From Ophelia neglecta (lineage: Eukaryota), in NCBI GenBank assembly GCA_965285935.1, contig OZ260662.1, positions 7,936,001-8,000,000 on the forward strand: a DNA stretch of 64,000 nucleotides, given 5' to 3'. This document shows, piece after piece, positions 13,748-25,500 of the stretch. Below the pieces are notes generated by a model that was given only the letters and a program-made list of their open reading frames with translations, was not told the origin of the DNA and ran no database searches. The position numbers and the translations under genes were made by a program. How positions within the stretch are numbered: position 1 is the stretch's first letter; the number at the start of each line of letters is the position of its first letter.

Positions 13748-13973
13748 AGCTATTGATTAAACGCGGAGGTGCGGAGGCTATGCGGAGGCGGAGGTCATGA
13801 GTATTTCTGAGTGGCATGAAGCAAATAATCGTCAGCAAGGAAAGGGTTAGGACGGAAGGTTAATTTTAGGGTTAGGGGAAGGGTTAGGGACAAGTTTGAT
13901 AGGTCTAGTGCTCTGTTCTAATTTCGGGATTTACCTCCGCAAGGCTCCGAGCCTCCGCTTTTAATCAAAAGCC
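13748..13973. mobile_element. MITE with 8-bp TSD (Merlin- or hAT-like)
   Basis: TIR GCTATTGATTAAACGCGGAGG...CCTCCGCTTTTAATCAAAAGCC and TSD GATAATAT at 13740-13747 and 13974-13981. Internal AGGGTT repeats. A partial end copy lies near 63517. Confidence 0.75.
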
Positions 13974-14598
13974 GATAATATCGTATAAAGAGACAGTAAG
14001 AGAAAGCATATTCGTTAGGAAGTCGCTATCGATCTACTCTTATGTCTAACTACGTCCTGTATAATATATTTATTTTCGAAGGCTTATGTGCAAGTTACAA
14101 AAGATTAAAGTCATGCAATATTTAAGACAAAGTTTTTATAGCCAACATGAAGTTTTTAAAATAAACTCCCAAATCTTTTTTAAGGACCACTATATCGAAA
14201 GCAGCTGTTGACTGCTGGGCATAGCAGGGGTTTCATCAGATACGAGCCGGGGATGGACCATTGGTGTATTTATGTATGTGCAGTTGTGCCGGCTGGTTCT
14301 TGTTGATTTCGGACTGATTTAGGGACAACTGCTCTATATTTCTAGCCCACATCAATTTATAATTAACAGACGTATAGATTTGCATTTGAATCACCTAGCA
14401 TACATTGCACATACATTATACGATACATTGCCGAAATCGGACGAGGAGTAAAAGCACGGCATAAAGTGAAACAATTATTCCCCTCCTATTGGGTCTAAGC
14501 GTATCTATATAATTATAACTATGAATGTTATGCAAGTCAACAGAATCACAGAGCGTAATTAAACATGCCGACTTCTTGAAGGTTGACCTACATTTCAG

Positions 14599-17041
14599 GT
14601 GAGCTGTTTTACATAACGTTATACACACATACTAGTAAAGATGCCGGGGCCCGGGACTCGCCGTATCTAACTTTTCATGGAACCAAAAACACTGAAGAGC
14701 GAATCCGACTGTGGGGAAGTGGATTTAAAATGACACCCGGAATGTAAGTCAGCATTATAACTGACCATTACTAGTGGAAAGTAGCATGTGATTCCACATA
14801 AAATAGTATGTGATTCCACATAAAGTAGTATGTGTTTTGACATTCAAGATCAAATACTTTAACTTACCATTTTAAAAGATTACATATGATAAAGTTGCAC
14901 GATGGTGTTTTTAATGGCTGGACCCTACAATACAATTTTTCACGTTGGTCATGTACGCACAAATAAAGTTGTTGACTTATAAATCTACAAGGGCTTTTGA
15001 GCAACTGGTAGAAAACGTGAAAGATTAAAACAGGGACTTGTTTAGAAGCAAACAAGCACTAGGTTTTGTCGAAATGTATTAAATATTTCTGCTTATAAAG
15101 GATAACAGATATACTTTTGTACACGGAGAAGGATGTCGGTGATGTGACAAAGATCACTTTTACAGGAAGCAGCACCATTGATGGATATATCATGAAAAAG
15201 GTTAGTAAGGAACATATTAGTAGGTAGCCCTTTTTATGGAACGATTCCGATTGTGTTGGTTAGAATTGTGTGTGGGGCAGGTGGTTCGGAGGAGGATGGG
15301 ACGGAAGTGGTTGGGAAGGGGAGAATCCTGTTATCGTTCTGAGGATAATTTAGCAAACAAATAATCTTTCAAATGTCAGCGTTTCCAACTATCACAGCAA
15401 ACTAGTTATTATTAAGACAAGTGAGATGAAAAAGCTTTCCTTCAGAAAGTACTTACTTTAGCGGTTTTCTTCCTGATTAAACAGGAACTTTTGATAGAAA
15501 TGGTTTTTAAAACTAGAACCCGAGAGCAGCAATGGTAGACAAAGAAACTTAAGTGCCAGTCATTTTATAACTTAACATGCATCCGTTCATCCCAGTTAAG
15601 TACTGGATGTAGGTTAATGTGGGTTTATCTTTACATTCATATTTACCGACACTAAAAACACTAAGTGATCACGAGGAGTCAATTGTGTGATTCAGAATAT
15701 CAAAGGCAAACATGAGCTTCAAATAGCTATCTCCTACTGATATTCATTTATTTACGACTATTCTATTTCGCTTATGAATATGAAACTTACCACATTTGTT
15801 TATTGTATCTTAGCACTACTATAGTCTATTATGATGTAACCAATGATAGTTATATAAGACTAAATCTCATCTCCATATATAGTTGCATTCATGGTCGATA
15901 AAACACTGTTTTCATTTGAAAATGATAAAGACAAAAAACAAATATTTGATTTGTTGTTGTGAAAGTACAGTAGATGGTAAAACGTTTCCAGTTTCGAGAG
16001 AAACCTCCTGGCTGTAGAAATGTAATTTACTAAAGATAAGATAACCGCAAATATGGCATTTCCGCTTTTATCTAACCTTAAAGCATGAAGCATTGGTCAT
16101 ACCATGGGTCAATGCTGGTCGATGCCCACCAAGGTCAACGTAAACGGTTATCTTTTTGTTATGATTATAATAATACGTTTCATTGTAACTTGCTGACAAC
16201 TTCTTCTTGTTGGCATAGATAACAGGTTTGGCAGGTCACGATTCAACAGGGTAATTACCTACAGGGTAATTACCTACTGTAATGATGCATATATTTATTT
16301 ATTCAGATATCTCTGAAGAATGCACAAACCGGCAAGACCTGTCACGTGGTTTGTTCTAGCTACTGTTTTATCAAACTCGGTGAGCCTGGCTGCCCTTTCA
16401 CCAGAGGTATGTTGTTACATCGAATACAAAGCTAAGGGTCCAACTGTGGTTGTGCCACTTTACCTGTTTACCAACAAAAAAACAAATTCGAATGTCACAA
16501 TTAATTCTTTTTATTTGCGGATGACTATCGCCATGCCGCACACACATCCTGCATTATTAATCAATTAATGAGCTTGGTGATTGTCTGCTGGCAGTAAATG
16601 GCAGTTAGGTTGACACTTCAGGGACGGGGGTGCTTTGGTCGATCCGTGTTCATTAATATACGTTTATTTGCTTGTAGTGCGATATCTAATGTGATAATAA
16701 ATAACAGTTCAAACGCCACTTTTGAACTTTTTTTTACAGGCACAACTGGCTGCATCTTGGCCTCTCCGGCGGTCACAGTGATGGGAGATATGCCACAGGC
16801 TTACTTTAAGTCCATCCACGTCAATAATCAGACTGTGTTGGCCGTTAGGAGCGGTGTGCCTGGTAGGAATTGTAACCCCAGGGGTTGTGCCCGGGCCTGT
16901 CTTATAAGCCCGGAGTGTCGGGCATTTACCGTGAACACCTCTCTGGAAGCTCCGCATTGCTGTCAGCAATGGGCCATACCGACTAACACGGGTGTTATAC
17001 ACGGGACAGGGATGACACCAATGTTTCTCAAAGTTGGCTGA
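14599..17041 (+). CDS. Gene 2: close paralog of gene 1; exons 2-5 intact, no signal-peptide exon found (partial duplicate or possible pseudogene)
   Basis: Exons 14599-14743, 15101-15200, 16307-16406 and 16740-17041 have open frames, GT-AG sites and the same phases as gene 1. Homology to gene 1 begins inside intron 1 (14464 vs 7463). Confidence 0.75.
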
Positions 17042-17258
17042 AATGTAGATGATAAACCCACAACAACTCCTGAGAAATAGATAAGTACAGTAAACGAACA
17101 GTTGCATGGAACAACCCAAAAATTAATAGACTTTTAAAATAATCAACCGGACTAAAGTTCGAATTATTCAAATCATAATATCATGAGTTGTGTTACTAAG
17201 AATAAAGACTGTTTTGGAACTAATCCAATATAAAGAAGGATAGTTATATGAACTTACT

Positions 17259-19375
17259 TTTTATTTTATTTTTAATCTTTATTTCAAAATACAAAAAGAT
17301 TATACATAATTGTACATGTTATAAATTTAGTGCTTCTAGAGCCTTATACATAATTTGCTACTTATTCAAAAGTGACCGTTGCTACCGTTCAATTTCTGTG
17401 AGCATGTCTCTTGCAAGATTTACGAACTTCATATTCTTGCGGCACATTGCGATTGTACGGAGATTTTCTGTGAAAGATTTGATGAAATTAAGAGGGCCTA
17501 TCTTGCTTTCGGCTATTTTCTTTTTGTAAATGAACCATTTTCCCATCAAGATTACTAAATTGACTTTATGTGTATTACAAACGTCGAGTCCATTATTGAC
17601 ATTGTCATAATACCCAAAAAAACGTCCTTACATGACAACTGGATACTAATATTCAATATTTTGTGCATCCATTCTTCAAGGTTATTCCAAAATTGGTTAA
17701 CGACAAAACAATCATAGAAAGAATGAAGTAATGTATTTACTTTTTGACATGACATGTATTGTTCCGAGTCAACGACCTACCAGAGATATAATTGTTGTAT
17801 ACAAGGAATTATTCGCTGCAATACTTTGTACTGAAACGACTGTATTTTAGTATCAGATGTAACTAGATACGGCAGTTTAAATATACGTTTAAAGTCTGAT
17901 TCGTCTAGATTAGGAAATAGCCGTAGCCATCGGAACAATGCTGTTGGTTGTTCAGCTACTTTTTCCATAAACATATTATACACCATTTTTCTATTTATAC
18001 ATTCAAGTGGGAGCATAGTATCGTCCCGTTGACTATAAATACACATATCCTCGTTGACACTAACATTTCTGTAAAATAGCGGATCTATCGATTTAACTTT
18101 TTTCCTCCAGTGCGCTGGAATGGCGTCAATGAGTGACATATAGCTTAGCGAGTCTATCGTTGTTCTGTACTTCTCGTTTGTATTAAGGAATCTGTGATCG
18201 TTTCCTAGCAAATGTAAAATAGCACCTTTACTAAACAGTTGTTCAAAGAATACAGGTGTGTTATTTATAAGAATAAACCTATTGTACCATATTTTCTCCG
18301 ACAGAAGGTCAGGCGGCTCATCAATAGAGTGAGCCAATTCAAACCAAGAACTAAGCATTTGTTTATAGAACGGACTTTTGGTTTCAATATATTTTTCTTC
18401 AAGATTACATGTTAGCTGGAATCTCGTTAGTTTCAGTAGTTCCCATGATAAACATTTAGAATAAGTGAGTCTTTCATCACACATACGCCTAAGGTAAGAC
18501 ACTTAAGTTGCCTTTGCTATACAAAACACATCTGGCATTTTCAGACCTCCGTCATTGATATTAGAAATAATTGTACCTCTTTTTATTCTTGGCCGCATTT
18601 GTGAACACAGAACACAGAACACAGAACACAGAAAATCAAAAAAAAAACTTTGTCAACAGCCTTAAGAAATTCGTCTGATACATACAGTAACAAAGGTATA
18701 GCTAGTGATTTAATCACAGTTATTTTGCCTTTTAAAGAGAGAACTCTGGGTCTCCAGGAATTTATCAGTTTATTTAATTTATTTAATCTGTCTTTATAAT
18801 TGATTTGCAAAACAGCTTCATAATCCACCCCAAACCATATACCCAGAGTTCTGAAACAAGTGTTAATCCACGAAATTCCCAGGCCCTTGGGCGGGCGACT
18901 GTCTTTAAGACTACCAATAAAGATAGCTTCCGTTTTCTCCGTATTAACTTTGAGCCCTGAACATGCATGACATTGGTTTAGGACCTGTAGAGATCTAGTT
19001 AGCGACTCGGTGTCCTGGAGGGTCAGAGTGGTGTCGTCGGCTAACTGCATTATTTTCAGCTCCGAGTTGTTTATTTTTATACCTGTTATTGTTGCATCAT
19101 TTCTAATGTTTATGGCTAACAACTCAACCACCAAAATAAAAAGGAGGGCACTTATTGGGCACCCTTGTCTGATGCCTCTTGTTAACAAAAAAAGTTTGAG
19201 GATTGACCATTGTTGGTCACACAGCTTTCTATGTCATGATAAAGAATTTCAATCCATTTTATGTAGTTTTCGCCAAAATTAAAACTTTTCAAGGTTTCTC
19301 GCAAAAAAGACCACCTTATGGTGTCAACTGCCTTTTCGAAGTCGACCAGGGCGACTAGGCCTGGTCTTTGGTTGG
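17259..19375 (-). mobile_element. 5'-truncated, frameshifted L1/Tx1-type LINE
   Basis: RT motifs VDFEKA, GIRQGCPIS and QLADD, a C-terminal Cys/His region, and an AATAAA plus A-rich tail at ~17259-17290. Confidence 0.88.
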
Positions 19376-20832
19376 ATTATTATTATTATTTTTATTATCA
19401 TTATTATTATGTAATGGATAAAAGGCAGTTTAAGCCAATTTGATCTTAACCTTAATCCTGGTGAAGGAATACACTGATTAACAAGGTTTCAGCTAGGCAA
19501 TAGGCTAATCGTACAAATATGCAAATTATTAACAAGCTATTTGTCATAGGGTGGCTCTCATGCTAGCGTCTAAATAAGTCTTAAGAGAGTCTCCCTGACC
19601 TAAATTTTTATTCGTTTGGACACACACAATGTTTCATTATGTTTATATGTAGTTTGCTTACATTGTACTTTTATTGTCCACTTCATTTGTATGTATTTTC
19701 ATGGTATATTTTTGGTTGAATAAACGGTATGAAAATAACTAATCTATTCCATAAACTTAAGACTGCTTCCAGAAAGCAGGCCATGCTGATGGTTCCTTAT
19801 GAATTCGGAAAGACCAAAGAATAATCAATTATTTTGAATTGTCTGTTATGTGTCAGCTCCCCGGTGTATACTTCAAGTTTATGTTTTCATTAACTATTAT
19901 TTGCATTACAAGTTTATTATTTGTTTGGGAGCTGGCGATTGATGTATTAATTAACGTGTTTGGGGGCTGTGGCTGCTGATAATTCTTGTCCGATTTGATG
20001 GACTACTGTTTAATCCAAGGCGGGGACCTCCATAGCATCAAAGATCAACTCAAACAAACGTCTGACTGCAAGTGATCAATCTTCAGTGTGTGTTATTTAA
20101 GATTATAGATTTGCCAGTTGATGTTTGTTTGTCAACAGCTGACGGCTACTGGTGCCTATTTCATCCTTTCATGCCAAACCAATACTTATCATCTAGGTGC
20201 TCGCATAAATAATCGCTCTTACGGACATTTTCCGGAAGTCGTCATAAAAAACGTGCCCCACAATGCCTGAAATAGTGATGATAACATTACTAGTGACACG
20301 TAGCTGACCAGTGGGAGTGAGCATGCGACAGATCAAGATTCCAAGCGCGTGCCGTGATGTCCCAAACAGATCTATTTAACAACATTGTATTGGATTCCTG
20401 CTTGACTGTTAATGGTATCACTTCTGAAAATATACTTATACCCATTCCCCCCATCACAATCTGGTAAAAAAATCAAACGTGCAGAAGGCTTAGGTCAACA
20501 AGGAAAAACATATTTCTGCTCTGAAAGAAGATTGTCCATTCTACAGGCGCCTTATTTTTGAAAGTGGAATAGTTGTACACATTTATAAGTTTTGGTGAAA
20601 ATTGCAATATAATTGTTAATACCAAACGAATAATTTTTAATCGTGATATGAACGCCCAAAAAGCGACGGGAATTTCTTTTTTATCTTTTTACCTATGTGA
20701 AAAGAGTTATGTTTCATAGCATGTCCGTTCTTTGGCATTTTAAAATAAACTAAAGGGAGTGCTGAAAATAAAACATACTGCGGAGACGACAGTAACTGCA
20801 ATGGTTCATCTACACTTGGTCCTGACTTGATG

Positions 20833-20927
20833 TTTCCTTCGTAGCAGAGTACACAGCTCCACTCTCTTCGCCTGTAGCAGATGCGGAGAAGCTATGCGAT
20901 AAGCATTAGCCTCTGCTTCGAAGGATA
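20833..20927. mobile_element. 95-bp mini inverted-repeat element with 9-bp TSD (copy at ~34373-34467)
   Basis: TSD GACTTGATG at 20824-20832 and 20928-20936. TIR CCTTCGTAGCAGAG/CTCTGCTTCGAAGG. The paralogous empty site is at 13028-13036. Confidence 0.85.
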
Positions 20928-22522
20928 GACTTGATGGGGCTCTAAGTATTTGTTTTATATAGAGTTGATCAAAGAAAATACCTTTTAAATTGTCGTCATT
21001 CTGAACACGCTTGTAAGGGCAACCACGAATTGTACGTTGTCGGCTTTATGAAAGGTTAAACAAACCAACAGCAAACACAACGCATAGCCTTATGTCGACA
21101 AGGTTAAGCAAAAACCGATACATCTATCTGTAGGTTTAATTTGATTTCTCGCTATGTAATGGCGACCTGACCGAAGGCCTAAAAGTGTATGTCAATTTTT
21201 AAATGTGCCTACGGCTAAATTACGAACATGTAATGAATTTTGTCAAATAAATTATTTTATTAAAACATCTGTATTCAAAAACATAAATAGGCGTTTTTTG
21301 TTAGCGACATTACCAACGAAACGAATATTGTTTATGGGCTAGTCGAAGGTCGAAATTTAAAAACCACGCCATGATTCAGCAAGAGGATCTCTGGAAATAT
21401 ATCGCAGCATTGGAGAAACTTCCTTTTTTGTATGGTACTATTTCTGATAATATATGTATACACATTTCCGGATCACTATCTGGTAAATGATAAAAAGGAA
21501 ACAAAAAAACAACTTAACATATAGGTTTTCTTACCGTGAGAAAGGTGGACATAGGGGTAATCAAAGACAAACGTGTCCCGGTGATGACAGAAACTATAGG
21601 AATAGCTATACAGGCTGGCCATGCGGTGTGGCCCTGATTATTATTAAAACGTTTTAAAACATTTACACTGCCGTGCCGGTTGTGTTGGATACGGGGTACA
21701 TCGCTGTCAGCGACATCAGAGTTTTTAGTATAGTATTTCTACCGAAAGAAGAATCAAAGCATATCATGGGAGTATGTCTATTGTAAACCCTAACTCAATC
21801 CATCGTACAAAGCACTAAGCCACTTCTTGGCTGTTATTAGTACGTACCTGACCAAATTAACCTTACGTGTACTGGGCCACCTCTTGGCTAAGAATTTTTT
21901 ATAAATGCTCAAACTCAACTCATAAAGCTGCTGTTATGACATGAAACGACCACAGCCAATGTGATATGTTCAACCAGTGTGAAACACAAGATAATGCGTA
22001 CGTCCCTCCCACTGTAATCTCATATATTAGCACGTGGGTGCGCACTTGTAAGAAGAAGATCAGGACAATAAAGAGTATCACAGCAGCAAGCTCGTTCATT
22101 TTATACGTGGGGTTTACAATAGATATACTACTATTATATGGTTTGAAGCTTCTTTCACAGGTTTAGATTTAAAGCCAATACTTTATGAGTCAATCTTCTT
22201 GTATGGCAAATACATTGCATTCTAGTTACTTGGTCATTTACACAATATGACAAGATTTTAGGCCCTGTCTGCGTCTAAGGCACAGTAAACAAGACAGAAT
22301 TCAAAACAAACATCATATATGTACCTCTTTAAAAATAACTTGATATCGTGAAGGTATGAAAAAAATATATAAAATACTTGGCAAACTATTTTGAAAGAAT
22401 GCTTTATCAATCATAATTTCTACTGTGTTTCCTTATCTGTGTCAAACAGATACGTTTTGCAATATACATTAAGACAAACAGTGATGTTTCTAAAACTGTG
22501 TGGAAAGTGTACAATCAGCATC

Positions 22523-25500
22523 TTAGCCACCTTTGACAAATATTTGAATCATTCCGGCTTCATACCTAACACCTATGTTAGTTGGAATAGTGAGTTGCTC
22601 ACAACAATGCGGATGTTTCAGGGATGAGTCGAAGATAAAGGCGCGGCATTCCGACAACGAGAGACAGGTTTGGGCGCACCGGATCCGGGAACAATGCCCA
22701 CCGATACTGTCCATACCTATAGCTGAAACCATCTTCTCGACGACGGGGAAGGGCCTGAATACGGACTTCGCCATGTGACCAGTGACCGTCGACAAGTGGG
22801 CAGGGGAAGAGCAGCCCGTGGTCACTGTGAGGATAAAGATAATTTTAGACAAACGCTGTGGGGCTCACAAAGCTAAAATCATTGTTTTCATCACAAAGCA
22901 GATGGCATGGCCTGTAGAAACAATGGATACACTCCCCACCCTTTTCCCATTCTCTTTTTAAAAGCCACGATATCGTGGAATCGACTTTAAAATTGCAACC
23001 TACAATCGCGACAACATATAGTCTCAGGTAAGACCCCATATCGTTTCGGCTTATTCGCGCAGTCAAAGCAACCAAGGATATTATAATCACCTGACATCAA
23101 ACGTGCCATATTAGTAACTAAACAATAGTGAGGTTAAATGTTCTGAGTTACCGGGTATGTGTTATATTATGTTTCACTTGTATGAATATTTACTTCCAAA
23201 TCTGGCTTCAATCTTACATATCGGATATCGTCCTATGTCATAAACTCTTAACTCGTGTTGGCATTATTCCTTTGCCCCTCTAGTATAACCTCTAACCCAT
23301 CTCTTGTATTAACCCTTACCCCCTTGCATTCACTTTTACCACATTTAGCATCAAACATTTCCCTGTTACTAGAATTCAGCATCTGACATTAAGAAGAAAG
23401 AAAAATATTACGTATTATGTTTAGTAATAGGGTTTGTTAACCCATTTACGTTCAAGTTTGAATAGATAAATGTTAACAAATAAATTTCTGTTTAAAGCAT
23501 ATACTTAGTAAAGTGGGGAATGCTTAACTTCAATATCAGGGAATGTCAACAACTTAATAATAGTGCGGGAAATAGCTTATATGTTGGATGCGTAACCTGT
23601 TCATCCTAGCTGTGAGAAGCTTATTATATACACAATTTATACAGCGCTCTATCCAATAAAATGCTCTAAAGCGCTTTACATAGTCATAAAAGTATACATT
23701 GCACAATTTTTGTTACACTATAAAAATTATGGCAGCTTAGATATCACAGGGTAAAAGTGAATAAAATTTGAATGAATAAATAATGAATAATAATAAAGTA
23801 TGACTGGGCATAAAATGCAGTAGGCCTATTTAAGAAAAAGATAAAAAGTTAATTTGGGTATGCTAATTTGAAAAGGTAAGGCTTTGGGTTCATTTTAAAA
23901 GTTTCTAGTTTCTAGCTTACCAATGCTGCTAGAGTTAGGCCATTGCGAATCTCCGGTGTCAACACCACAGCTCGGCACACAGATCACAAGACACACTTCG
24001 CCTGTCAGAACATTCTGCAGGCTCATCTGTGTAAAGAACGACAATAGCATGGTATATTCAAACTATATTTACCCTCGTCGGATCCGTCAAATATTTCCTA
24101 TGAATTAAGTCCGTTCATTGATCTCATTTGGTCAGCTTGTTTTTATTGAGCACTGTGTATTGACTTAAATTTGTATACTGTCGCTGCGAACAAGTTTATT
24201 ATTCTGTATTTGGCAAATGACTTAGATAAACGGTCAATCGGTTTGTAAATATTTAATATCATTCAGCCTCTTCAAATAAATAGTTTGACTGTTTGCAACG
24301 ACTCCATGCCTATTTTGTTCACTATTAAATAATAATGTCAGTGGCTTTGCATTGCCTTACTGCCAATTGCTTGGTGTTTTTAATAATTTATCATCATAAT
24401 ATATTTGTTATAATTCAATCAATATTGTGTGATTCAAATGAACTTGTCAGCTAATATGTGGTGAGTCAATGTCTTCTGATTTGTCTTTAGTATTTTACCA
24501 GGTTTGTTTTGATATGACATAGATATTGACCGGTGTCAGAAAATTGATCTGCTAGTAGGTACCTCGTAGGTTTATTCGCTGGTAGGGCACTAGTAGGTTT
24601 ACCAGCTGGTGGGAAGCTAGTAGGTTCATCGCCGGTAGGTAGCTGGCAGGTTTATCCGCTAGTAGGTAGCTAGTGGGTTTATATGCTGGTAGGGCACTAG
24701 TAGGTTTACCAGCTGGTGAGAAGCTAAAAGGTTTATCAGCTTTAAAATAAGCTAGTGGGTTAACAACTAGTAGGTGGCTAGTGGGTTTATCCGCAAGTAG
24801 GTAGCTTGTAGGTTTATCCGCTAGTAGGTAGCGTGTAGGTTTATCCGCTGGTAGGGCACTAGTAGGTTTACTAGCTGGTGGGAAGCTAGTAGGTTTATCA
24901 GCTTGAAAGTAGCTAGTGAGTTTAACAGCTAGTAGGTAGCTAGTAAGTTTATCCTCTGGTAGGTAGCTTGTAGGTGTATCAGCTTGAATGTAGCTAGTGG
25001 GTTTATCCGCTAGTAGGTACCTCGTAGGTTTATTCGCTGGTAGGTAGCTAGTGGGTTTATCCGCTGGTAGGGCACTAGTAGGTTTACCAGCTGGTGGGAA
25101 GCTTGAAAGTAGCTAGTGGGTTTAACAGCTAGTAGGTGGCTAATGGGTTTATCCGCTAGTAGGTAGCTTGTAGGTTTATCCGCTGGTAGGGCACTGGAAG
25201 GTTTACCAGCTGGTAGGTAGCTGGTAGGTTTATCAGCTAGTAACCAGTTGGTGGGTTTATCGCCGGTAGGTAGCTTGTAGGTTTATCCGCTGGTACGTAG
25301 CTAGTGGGTTTATCTGCTGGTAGGGCACTAGTAGGTTTACCAGCTGGTGGGAAGCTAGTAGGTTTACCAGCTGGTGGGAAGCTAGTAGGTTTACCAGCTG
25401 GTAGGTAGCTGGTAGGTTTATCAGCTAGTAAGCAGTTGTTGGGTTTATCGCCGGTAGGTAGCTTGTAGGTTTATCCGCTGGTACGTAGCTAGTGGGTTGA

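Larger units (their letters stand above)
7463..21324 (+). repeat. Older tandem segmental duplication (7463-13352 vs 14464-21324)
   Basis: Co-linear and highly similar by eye, with many substitutions and indels. The second copy carries the L1 fragment and a 95-bp insertion; the first has ~1.1 kb extra in intron 4. Confidence 0.9.

Noticed and set aside
16320-16568. ORF with a signal-like N-terminus (MHKPARPVTWFVLATV...)
   Set aside because: It is the wrong frame of exon 4. The frame conserved across paralogs is ISLKNAQTGKTCHVVC.
16598-17041. Single-exon small Cys-rich proteins as called by the ORF track (also 10683, 22852, 36391, 60391)
   Set aside because: Similarity among all five starts at a polypyrimidine-AG acceptor, so they are terminal exons of spliced genes.
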